A stretch of 64,000 nucleotides of DNA from assembly GCA_051942245.1 (NCBI GenBank), contig JAVECL010000033.1, positions 1-64,000 on the forward strand, in the 5' to 3' direction. Positions 11,519 to 22,134 of this stretch are shown here, piece by piece. The DNA comes from Trypethelium eluteriae (taxonomy: Eukaryota). Under the pieces are notes generated by a model. It had not been told where the DNA came from. It did not search any database and saw only the letters and a program-made list of their open reading frames with translations. The position numbers and the translations under genes were made by a program. The stretch's first letter is position 1. Each line of letters opens with the position of its first letter.

Positions 11519-12277
11519 CTAAGCCTCTGCTTCTGCAAGCGCAACGATGCTCAGTCCAATTTCTCCTTCTCCCATTCCCTCCGCGATCTTCAAGAATGGC
11601 CTCACCCCCAAATCCAACGCCCTTTCACTCAACGCATCCTCTCCGTTCCCCAACGCTCCGCGACAAACCGGTCCTCTCATCCCCCCATTCAACTCCCACA
11701 AATTCCCATCGTCCCCCTTCACCAAAGCAATGAAGTGGTTCCCATTCGGATCACTCCTCGCCGGCGCCATCGAATCCCCCAACGCCGCCGCCGCCGCATG
11801 CGCATCCTCGAGCGGCCTCGAATCATACAGCAGCTGCGCGCGGGGCTCTGGAGTCAGGGGCACCGCGTCCTTGAGGATGCCGTCGAGGGGAGAGCCCGGG
11901 GTGACGTGGTGGCGGGCGGCGCCGTTGGAGACGGCGTGCAGGGCGGCCATGGTGCCGCAGGCGTGCCCGATGGTTTGGCGGAACCAGAGGACGGGCTCGT
12001 TGGGCCCAGACCCGGCGTACGGGGTTAGCTGGGCGTCTTCGGCGTCGCGGGCCGGGTGGTAGATGTGCGCGGGCACAATGAGGATCAAGGCGTGGACGGG
12101 GCGCGGGATGAAGTCGAGGAGACCGCTCGAAGCGTCGAGGCTGTAGACGTCGTGGAAGGTGAGGGTTGGGCGGGTGCCGAGGGTGCGGAGGAGGTGGGTT
12201 AGCACTTCTGGGTTATTTTCCAAAGGCACGAAGAATTTGCGGTCAGGGGCTAGCTTGATGCCATCTGTCTCCGCCAT
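11519..12277 (-). CDS. Ubiquitin C-terminal hydrolase, family 1 (UCH-L3/Yuh1-like), single exon
   Basis: PLENNPEV, FHDVYSLD, QTIGHACGT (catalytic Cys), HFIALV (catalytic His), LWELNG. Confidence 0.9.
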   Translation of the reverse strand: MAETDGIKLAPDRKFFVPLENNPEVLTHLLRTLGTRPTLTFHDVYSLDASSGLLDFIPRPVHALILIVPAHIYHPARDAEDAQLTPYAGSGPNEPVLWFRQTIGHACGTMAALHAVSNGAARHHVTPGSPLDGILKDAVPLTPEPRAQLLYDSRPLEDAHAAAAALGDSMAPARSDPNGNHFIALVKGDDGNLWELNGGMRGPVCRGALGNGEDALSERALDLGVRPFLKIAEGMGEGEIGLSIVALAEAEA

Positions 12278-12834
12278 TTCGTGGCTGAAAGGGAGTTGAT
12301 TAGGGCTTTGTTATGTTATTTCCTGGAGCTAAGATGGTTTCGTCCGATTGCGTGGTCGTGTTGCGCTGGATGAGTCATTATCAATCGCTGCCTCCCATAC
12401 AGGTCGCGAGTGACTGCAAAGTATCGTATAACAAAACGGAATCAGCACGGGAGGTAGAATTAAACAAACCTTGACATATAGAAGTTCAACAGATCTAAAT
12501 TTGAAGCAAAAATCCTATGATTGTGAATATGAGTTGTACTATATGAGGTAGGTGCAAATGCGCGCCTGTGAAAGGAGTGGGTCTGAATTAGGTTAGCGTG
12601 TGTGGCTGCCTTTACTCTCGTCTTCATCACCCCTTCCCCTCCCTCCCTCCAATATCATCCACCTCGCGAGATGCTCAGGGAACGTAGTACCTGCCCGTCT
12701 GATGCGACGGCTGAGTAGCTGTTCTGCCTGCTCGCCATGGCGACCTGTGCCCGTTCCTGCTCCTAGCTGGGTCGACGAACATCAAATAGACGGGCCTCCT
12801 GCGGTGTAGTATATGACCCTTGGGTTTATTGATA

Positions 12835-13030
12835 CCTTACGGGGGTAGGGGGTTTCCCAACCGGTAAGTTGCAGACAGTTACAAAGAATTTGCTGTTACG
12901 AGTGCAGTTCTCAGCCTGCCTGTTTTAATGTCTGTGTTAAGCTAGTGTTGACACTGGTAAGGCCAAAAGTTACGCTCATACTTCGTAATTGTCTGCAAAC
13001 TACCGGTTGGGAAACCCCCTACTCGCAAGG
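12835..13030. mobile_element. TA-flanked MITE (~196 bp) with ~55-bp imperfect TIRs
   Basis: 12835-12890 CCTTACGGGGGTAGGGGGTTTCCCAACCGGTAAGTTGCAGACAGTTAC... is the inverted complement of ~12977-13030; perfect 22-bp core GTAGGGGGTTTCCCAACCGGTA; TA at 12833-34 and 13031-32. Confidence 0.8.
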
Positions 13031-13424
13031 TAAGGCCACGAATGTGTGCACGGGCTCACGCACCTCTACATATAAATTAGCTCTACTATTGTCACACTTA
13101 ATACAGCAGCCTGGAATACTTCTTCACTTCCTACCTACGGCGTTTCCATCTCAAGCTATCGTATTCCATCCTATAAGCCTCGATTCGATCCCTAATAACA
13201 CCCCTAATTGCACACTATCTTCCCGGAGACACTACCGTTTAAGGAATCCCCACGCAGTCTTAAGACAACCGTTCAAGAGATCCCACACAGCCTATCCCAA
13301 TCGTGAGACAATTCGCCGGTTACTCAAGGCCTTGCTAACAAGCCCCCAGGAAGCTAGCCCACAAAGCCTATCACGATTTAAACTATTCATAACTAGCGTC
13401 GCTGCTAAGATTTACCAGATCAAT

Positions 13425-13844
13425 ATGTCGTTTACCAACAGACCGGTCTACACTCGTATGGTGGAGGCAGCCTACTCTTTTCTGGTCGCTGCTTTAGGGT
13501 TTGTATCGTTTCTGGCGGGACCAGCCTCGGCGGGACAAACCTCTAACCAGCTGACCTTTGGCAAAGTCAATGTCGGCACACTGGTAGCAGCAATACCATT
13601 TGGCACTCTTATTTCTTTGAGTTTAGCCCTTGGTATCAGCTCCATACTCGAACCGTACTCTCGGTACGCTCGGGATTTACGAACTTGGATAGATCACTGG
13701 TTGGATCCCTGCGTGGACTACTGCAGCTGGATTTTCACATATGTTATCAGGAATATACAAACCTATACAGCCTATTGGCTGGCATGTGGCTTGTGGGCGG
13801 CTCGGTACATCGTTTGGTACATGCGTCAATTGCTCAGACGCTAG
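13425..13844 (+). CDS. Hypothetical small membrane protein
   Basis: ATG at 13425 (MSFTNRPVY...) followed by about three hydrophobic segments; the upstream part of the 299-aa ORF overlaps the MITE and is probably non-coding. Confidence 0.35.
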   Translation: MSFTNRPVYTRMVEAAYSFLVAALGFVSFLAGPASAGQTSNQLTFGKVNVGTLVAAIPFGTLISLSLALGISSILEPYSRYARDLRTWIDHWLDPCVDYCSWIFTYVIRNIQTYTAYWLACGLWAARYIVWYMRQLLRR

Positions 13845-14469
13845 AAGCTATCAAACAGGCATGTGAAAGCTGGAGAGGAAAAAGACAAGCAAGTATTTAA
13901 TGGCTGGGTATTCGAGCCCCTTAAAATCCCAGAAGCCGTTACCGTGCCCGTTTGTAGTCAAACATTCCCCGGTGTACCAAGGCTGGGTAGGTACCGTACA
14001 CATACCTTACCATCCTAGCTCGGGTACTCTCTCATCAATTGCTCACCATAGGCTACCAACCCTGACTCTCAAGACCGATACAAATGAAAGTCACCATGGG
14101 ATTACACCCTGTACAGCCGCGGAGATCCACTTTCAAGGGTCCCCTGAGTAATGGGTGGTATTGATGCTGGGGGACCTCTTTCCTGGTAGAGACGACTGGT
14201 TTGTCTTGCAGTCAACCTCGAGCTTTGGGTGTTTTTTCTTATTTGGGATGATGTCAATGACATATCTCTATTCACTTTTCTCACTCTACTTTAACACATA
14301 GCTTCACTATGAAGCGTTCAGCTTCACATTCCTAGCACGTGCCACATGCAGCTCCTCTCAGTGCCCTAATATTCGGTCTCAGTAATTAGAGAAACCCATA
14401 AACCAACACTAGTCTTACAACTTCAACCTTCACGCCACTTCTTGACGTCCAAACTTGGAGAATTGGGCA

Positions 14470-15459
14470 ATGGTGTGCTTTCTTGATCTCCCACGCGAGC
14501 TGCGAGACCTTATCTATAACGTATTTCTTGACTTGGAGCTCCCTGAGCCGAAAGCACCCTTTCACTGCCGTCAGGCTGGCTACTCACCTTTCGCGTCGTG
14601 TATTCATCGGGGAAACGACGGATGGGGGCCCGTCCATCTGGTTTTAGGTGAACCCGATGATGCTCCGCTCGATTTTACAAGGCCTCGTACTGCATCTTCT
14701 GCACTTTTATGTTCCAACAGGCAAGTACGAGAGGAACTTCTCGAAACTATTCAGCAACAGTCTGAGCATGGAAATTTACGGTACAAACTCGATGTCATCA
14801 TAAGTCATGAAAGGTTCTTTCCCTCGTGGCTTCTCTTGCCGGGACCTGTCTCTCATATCGACATTCTGGAAGTGAACTGCAGAGTCATGCCACAGCTTCA
14901 CTTCAAGCAGGAGATCGAACCATTTGTATTAGACATAACCGATCCAATGCTGGGGGAGCTAGAACTTCCTTTTGGGACAGGATGTCTGGTAGTAGGTCTA
15001 TTCACGCTTCTCACTGACTTGCTTGTCTACGGAACAAATAAACGAACACTCCCTGATGATGGCTTCCTGTGTCGTGTCGGCACTTTGAAGCTTAATTTCT
15101 CGCTTCATTGCGATGTGGCGACCCTCACTAGATAGTGCCGAAGGCATTGGACCTACAAGTCCTTGGGACTCTTGTGGCCTCCAGCAGAGACCCTCCCGGC
15201 TTCGATTTCCGAGGTCTTACGCCCCAATCTTCGCTCACCCTTTACTCGTATGATTGATTTGAAACAAGTCGTGTATTCGGGTCTCCAACAGTCAGCAGGC
15301 TGAGTGGTCCCTGAAGGGGGGCTTTATAGAGGTCGGGTTATTTCATTTGCGCACATGATGGATCGAATCCAAAAGATTCAACTATACATCGAAGGCGAAT
15401 TGGAGAGTGAATGGGATAGAGACAGTTTCCCGAAAGAAAACCCTCTCTATGGCATTTAA
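14470..15459 (+). pseudogene. F-box-like (FLDLPRELRDLIY) protein gene interrupted by two in-frame stops
   Basis: The same reading frame continues past TAG 15133-15135 and TGA 15301-15303 to ...MDRIQKIQLYIEGELESEWD... and TAA 15457-15459. Confidence 0.6.
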
Positions 15460-15874
15460 CCGAGGCTTCTATGGAGCGGCTCGAGCGGAAGACATCGTGC
15501 TTGTTTTCAAGAGGGTGAACCGTCAACAAGTCAATTTCTCCGCATTTAACAAACTCACTTCTACGCCGCAGATAGTCCCTGCAATAAGGTCGCTCGTACC
15601 AGAGCACCCAATCCCTCTCGTGTATAAAATACAGTATTAGGACAAGTGTCCGGGCAACGCCAGCGATTTTCTCGCGCCAGCGAGCGGACACTTTTTCGCA
15701 TGACTGTCGAACACCAGATTTGCCATCAACAGTTCTTGATATACTGCTTTTCCACGACAATATGATTGTAATATTCGTCTGTGCTGAATAGTGCCTTCGC
15801 AATAACAAAGCACCCCCCATTCATTATTCAAATCGGCGCATTGTACGAATGTGGATGGCACAGCCAACAACAGA

Positions 15875-18115
15875 TCAAGACCCGCCGATCTTAACGATAT
15901 CGACCCTACATCTTTCGTAGACTCGATTACCCAATAACTCGCCCCTCTCCCTCTCTTCAACAATCACATTACGAGCATGTACCGTCATTCGGGCATATGT
16001 TCCAGGAGCACGGCGCTTCGAAAGCGTGCCAGGATTGATGACAGTTGTGCCCTGTACGACCTGTGAAACTTTATGTCAGCCTCACTGGGGTAAGAAACCA
16101 ACATGACTCTGCTTGAGCACGGTTCCCCATCGGAGTTTCAGGGAATGGTGACTTTACCTTGGCGAATGGATTCAACACGCTCGGCAAAACCAGCACATCT
16201 GGCCTCACGCCCACAAACTCTCCTAACTTCAAAAACCCCACATCAAGACTCGCTCCAGTCCTCAGCCTCTCCTCATCACCATCCTCACCTTCTCCTTCTT
16301 CCCTTGGGAGCGGCGCCCTCTTCGCAGGCGGAAATACCGGGAAAAAATGCCTCTGCTGCACCACCAACCCAGCCATCCTCCCCAGCACATCCCTCTCCAT
16401 CTTCGCCTTCCCTCCAGTGCAATTCTGTGCCCTAATCTCACTCAGCACGTCCTGGCTGCTCATCCCAATGGCGACGTCATTCAGCGTCAGCGTCACTGGG
16501 TTCGTGACGCACGACACCTGTCGCGCGAGGCCGAGCTCCTTCTTCTGCAGGCGATCTTGAGGCCAGGAGACGTGCTTCGCGATGGCGTCGTCGGTGGAAG
16601 GGACGAGGATGATGTGGATGTGCGGGTGCTGCTGAACGAGGCGGTGGAGGGGCGCAGAGATGTAGTGCCGAAATACGTCGACTAGGGTAGCTTGGTCGGG
16701 AGCGATGGGGGCGGAAGAAGGGAGGTCGAATTCGCCGTGGCGGACGGCGGGGTGAGAGAATGGGAGGAATGGACCCAGCAGGAGGAGGGCGTCAGCTTGG
16801 AGAGTGGCAGCGCGGGTGAGGAGGGCATGGAGGGCGGTGAAGTCCAGTGTAGGAGAGGGAGTGTAGGGCCCGGAGGCGACAAGGATAGTTGTTGGGTGAG
16901 GGGATTCTGACGGCTCATCAGAGTCCTCTGCAGATGCCGAAGATCCTAGACGGGCGTTGATTAAGTCGATATCGGAAGGCAGTGTTGCAGCTTCCGGGAG
17001 GCTGGGGATGCTGATAATTTCAGAGATGCGGAATGCGTCTCCATTGGCATTCATTCCCTTGAGGGCAACGATCTGGCCCGGAAAGAAGTCATAGTTTGAG
17101 TGATCGTCAATCTGCAATGGGATCCGTCGGCCTGCTCCTGTTCGTCTGCTTGTCTCAAGGACTAGATTTGCTGGATGAAGCTTGCCCTCTGTTGCATCCG
17201 ATGCTATTCTTCCAACAGCGACAATTTCACTTGTGCTTGGAGCCGTAGGGTTACCAAAGCTTGACTCGGGAAGAGAGTAGTGCGCCTGAAGTATGGATAC
17301 AAAGTCATCGATCCGGTCATCAAGAGTCTCCGAGGCATCCGAGAGTTTCATGGCCATTGACTTGTATGCAAACTTCTGCATTTCAGTATTCGATTTGATC
17401 TTAATCCGAGGCTCGGATAATTTCGGAGGTGCATCTTCTGGGGCATCGAGATGAGCGTTAATTGTTTCTTGGATCTGGCCAGCACCATCCGTGATGATGC
17501 TCGTCGTTACCCTGCTTAATAGGTCAGCATCTAGGACAGTTTCATTTACGATTGATACTTAGCTCACGGTGTAGTAGAGTCTCCATTTGTATGAGGCGTC
17601 TCGAAACCGCTCGGCGAACTGTTGGCATGTTGCTTGTTGGATTTGACAGCGGGCGTCTCAAAGTTGGATTTCCTCTTGATTGCACTACCATTCACCGCAC
17701 CGGATCGAGGAGTGCTCGACACAAGACCATCTAGCCTTGAGATATGATCTGTTAACAGAGCCTAAGTCTGTGAGACGCAGGCCTCTTACATTCCAAACAC
17801 ATCACCACCACTTCCTATACCAGCCCTCGGTGTTGCTCCGGTTTTCTTGTTTGCACTTGCAACATGAGTCTTTCCTCGCGATTCTCGTTCCAGTATGTCT
17901 TGAAGATCCTTTTTAAAGTCTCGTATAGTCTTTAAATCCAGCTGAGTTGTTTCAGCTCCCATCTTGATACTATAAGACTCCCATTTGTACATGAGCTCTT
18001 GCGGAGATATTGAGTGCAGACGCATGATTGACTGCATTTCGCCGAGAATTTCCGTGCTGAGTCGGCCATCGGGCATGGAGAAGAGCTCATTGAGCTCTGT
18101 CTCGAGATCTGCCAT
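15875..18115 (-). CDS. POL12: DNA polymerase alpha-primase B subunit
   Basis: N-terminal QELMYKWESYSIKM; VGRIASD, FFPGQIVALKG, VASGPYT, LLGPF, RHFFPVFP, RPDVLVLPS; last exon VINPGTLSKRRAPGTYARM; multi-exon. Confidence 0.93.
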
Positions 18116-18486
18116 TTTATGCTGTTGTCGTGTTGGTAATGTGTAGACACCGCGGTGAATGAATAAAGTGCTTTGACGGAAGACGCGTCGCGACGCGGAT
18201 ATGGGTCTGATTGTCGCGTCGGCATCGGGAGTAAGCAAGGTCCGAGCAATGACGTTAATGATCGACTCCAGGGTCCTTACAGGTGCCAGATCATCGGAAC
18301 CCAATGGGAGACTAGGAGGCTGACGGATAAAAAACAACGTCCGTCAAAGAGACGCACCTGTCAATCCGTGGATCTGATCACATTGCCTTGCACGGCTTTC
18401 TGACACCTTCCCCGCTTCTCCCTTTTGTGCATTGAACCTGATCTTTGCGTAATGACATAAATCCAGCGTCAAACCCTCTCGAAATC

Positions 18487-19928
18487 ATGGCTACCACCAC
18501 TCCTACACCACCTCCCCACGATCTCCCAAGCGACAAAACACTCATGGACGAAAAGACAGCTCTCCAGCCCTCTGTCGATAGCTTGAACCCCTCCACAACG
18601 GCTTCGAGCTCTCGCGCCGCTTCCAGCAAATCCGAACTCGTATCCGAAAACCCTTCCCGTGCGTCGTCTTTCGTGTCTGCAGCAGTGGGCGAGAAGATAA
18701 AGGTCCCCTTCACCGATCCACTTCCAGAATGCAAACCAACTCCTACAGTCGACCTTACCCCAGATCAGGAAGCGAAATATGCTGCTCTGCTCGCAGTCGC
18801 CTCCTCTTGGGAGAAGATCCCGACGTCTACCGCTCGAGGAGCGCCGACGGCACCAATTACAGAAGATGAGAAGATGTGGCTGACCAGGGAATGTTTACTT
18901 CGGTACTTAAGAGCCACGAAATGGAATCCTGTAGAGGCACCCAAGAGGATACTTGCAACTCTCACCTGGAGGAGAGAGTACAAGGTCGAAACTTTCACAC
19001 CAGAGTATATTTCCCCTGAAAACGAGACTGGAAAGCAAGTCATCCTAGGTTTCGACAATGAAGCAAGACCATGTCTGTATCTCAATCCCGCAAAGCAAAA
19101 CACCGCAAAAAGCGAGAGACAAATCCAACACCTGGTCTTCATGCTCGAACGCGTAATCGAAATGATGGGTCCTGGCCAGGAAACCACGGCTCTTCTGATC
19201 AATTTCAAGAACTCCAGCGGCTCAAGTAATCCTAGCGTCGGCCAAGGAAAGCAGACTTTGACCATTCTGCAAGGGCATTACCCTGAGCGACTGGGCCGAG
19301 CTTTAATTTCAGAGCGTAAGTCACCTATCCGCGTTCATACTGCCTTGTCGAACCCTTTGGCACATCTTTATCGGTCCACATCATAGCAATGGCTCGATGT
19401 AACCCCAGGAGGACCATCGCCCTACCATTCCTTTCCTACTTCCGGTTCCCTATCTTTTCGTATCCGATTCAATTCAACGTACTGAACTTTCTTTCTCCTC
19501 TAGTTCCCTGGTACGTTACCACCTTCTTCAAGCTCATCTCCCCCTTCATCGATCCGGTCACCAAATCCAAAATGAAATTCAACGAACCTCTCGCGAACCA
19601 CGTGCCCTCCTCCCAACTCTGGTCTGACTACGGCGGCGACGCCCACTTCGTCTACTCCCACGCCGACTACTGGCCGGCGCTGAATCGCCTCTGCACGGAA
19701 CGGAGGACGAGGTATCGAGAACGATGGATTAAGGCTGGGAAGAGAGTGGGAGAATATGAGGCGTATTTAAGGGGAGGAGATCAATTGAGCTTAGGGGAGC
19801 TTGTGGAAGCGGCAGGGAGACTGGACTTTGATGAGGCTGCTGAGGGGATCGGGGCGGCGGAGGGCACAACGGAGCGGGCAAAGGAAGAAGAGAGTGCGGT
19901 GGTGGAGGGGATGAAGGTTAGTGAATGA
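18487..19928 (+). CDS. Sec14-like CRAL-TRIO phosphatidylinositol transfer protein (PDR16/SFH3-like)
   Basis: WLTRECLLRYLRATKW, ENETGKQVILGFD..RPCLYL, LQGHYPERLG; intron ~19316-19503; exon 2 PWYVTTFFKLISPFIDPVTK. Confidence 0.9.
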
Positions 19929-21214
19929 GAGTGAAGAAGGTTTAGCACGCGAACTTGGGAATCCTGTCTTCCGCGGCATGGAGTTTGGCCTCTTTGTGCA
20001 GTGCTTTTCTGAGCCAGTCGGGTAAGGATATTTCCGGGATGCATTGACTTGCATTACATAACCAGGTATGACATAATGTTTCCATAAAACTGTCTCTTAG
20101 GCCAGGAGATGGCTCACCTTCTCATAACACTGAAGACAAAAACTTGGTGATAGTACCTCCCAAAAAAGTGTTCTCTAGGAATCAACTACTTTGGACCCAT
20201 CATGCGTGTTGATCAAGTTTAGTAGTCTTCCAAATTCGGCCAAAGAAAGCATCGACAAAGCGCATATTCTTCGGGTCTGTAGAATTAGGAGCACCCATTA
20301 CCGAATTATTTGGAAATCTTGGCTTTCGAGGTTGGTCGGACTTCGTCACTCCTTTACGTGAGACGATTTATGGACTGGAACAGCTTTTCTGTTCTAGCGA
20401 ATCGACTCTACCTGTCAGTTCTTATGACCATGGGTTGGACTATGTCTTTGTCTTTAATCCCTTTTCTGTTCATTTTGAATCATTCATGAAATTCTATTCT
20501 TCGAACTAGAAGTGATTCCGAAAGGAGCACCCCTCGTCCGTTTCGTGATATTTTCTGAAGAGAAAGTCTGGGGCAAAGTGGGAGTAGGAATCCACTGTGG
20601 GCCGGCCGAAGCGCATAGTACCGCTTGGAATGGACTTTGACCTTTTTTCTTGATTGATACATTATGCTCATTTCTATCAATGAATATCGCTGGATCGAGA
20701 GGCTTACAAGAGTCTTTCCTTAGCCCATTCGTGGCTTTTGGGTTGTCTCCGGCTGTTTCCCGCCATCATCCACACCCTTAGTTTTTGTATTAGGCTTGCC
20801 AATAGGGAGCAACAGTACAATACAATTTGTCCATCACCTCACATGGTCGACAGCTACACTCAAGATCCTCGCTATGATTGTGATAACAATCTGAGTTGAT
20901 CCTTCTCAAGTTACCTTGCGTATGTTTTCACATTTCTTTATGTAGGTGGGGCCTTCGCAGGGGCGCTTCATAGCGCTGGCTAATATCTACCTAGGTAGAT
21001 GCCTATGGGAGGCGAACTCGGCAGCTGGAATGCATAGACTGTGTTCAGATGCATAGATAGCTGAATTTGTTAATTATTTGATGTGTCATGGCATTGCGAG
21101 TCATGATTTCTGGCTGCCGGCTTCCGCTCTGTCCTTCCCTTAATCGGTCCTTTCTCATCATTCGATAAATCGACGAAGCTCCTCTGCATTGCAGCACTGA
21201 TTGCAGTCCTCCAC

Positions 21215-22134
21215 TTAACCAGTCCACACGGAAGGACCGGGGACAACATACGTCGTCTGCGGCCATGGGCTGTAGAGGTTATACAAAATGCCGGGATCTG
21301 TTGGGGTGTAGGCTCCTGGGAATGAAACGGTCGGAGTCGGTTTGCCGGATCCGCCGTTCTGAACGTTGAGTTGGGCGCACGAGAGGTAACTATCACGGAT
21401 GGATGAGCAAGAGCCAAGAGATTTGATAGAGGGGTTTGAGCATATGGTATGGTCAGAGAAGATGAATAGATATTGGACCTTGTTCGTGTGTCCGAAATCG
21501 GCAGATGGTGTTATGAATAGAAAATTAAAAGCCTACAATTGAGCACCGTTCACAGTAGCAGCGTTGTGTACAGCAATATGTTCTATGCGGAGAAGATAGT
21601 CCGCTGTGGGGAGGGCCTTAGGCAAGGTAAAGAAGACTTGGTCTACGCCTTTTTTGCAAATTAGCTTCAGTCCACGGCTTCTTACAATCTCAATATACCT
21701 GTGACGCCTCCTGTCTGATATGGCCACACTGGGCCTGATGCATTGAAAGATGTCGGGCCAGCCTCGAAAATCTTGAACCAAACGGATCCAGACCCATCCC
21801 AGGTAGCAACATCGGTTCCTGATGGAGCCTTTGCCATGTAAACGATCAGCGGGCCTGGATGGTAGAGGCCAGAGGAGGTAGGTTCGACAGTGAAGCCCAG
21901 AGTATCGCCGGCATTGACGGTCGTTGTGTTGGTTCCTATTTTCGTGGTGGTTCCGCCAACATTGCACCGAATATCAAGGCTGGTCACATCGGTCACGGGC
22001 CCATACGTGTAGTAGGTTGTCCACTGGCGAACGTTGGTCCAGTCGGGTGTAGTAACACCATTGTGGATGACTGCAGGGAACACGTAGTGAGCCGAGGCCA
22101 CAGACGCCAAGGCGGCGAGGAATAAGCTCTTCAT
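21215..22134 (-). CDS. AA9 lytic polysaccharide monooxygenase (secreted, no CBM1), 3 exons
   Basis: Signal peptide followed by His1 (SA|HYVFP), YHPGP, WFKI, YLLRIEHIAVH, GAQFYLSCAQLNV (spliced), FPGAY; stop TAA at 21215-21217. Confidence 0.93.

Noticed and set aside
20150..20850. Possible degraded coding sequence between the PDR16-like and AA9 genes
   Set aside because: Only short ORFs and no motif.
21215..22134. AA9 LPMO as a member of the PKS cluster
   Set aside because: About 5.5 kb from the PKS, separated by the HET-WD gene, with no CCG-N8-CGG site noticed upstream and an unrelated function.
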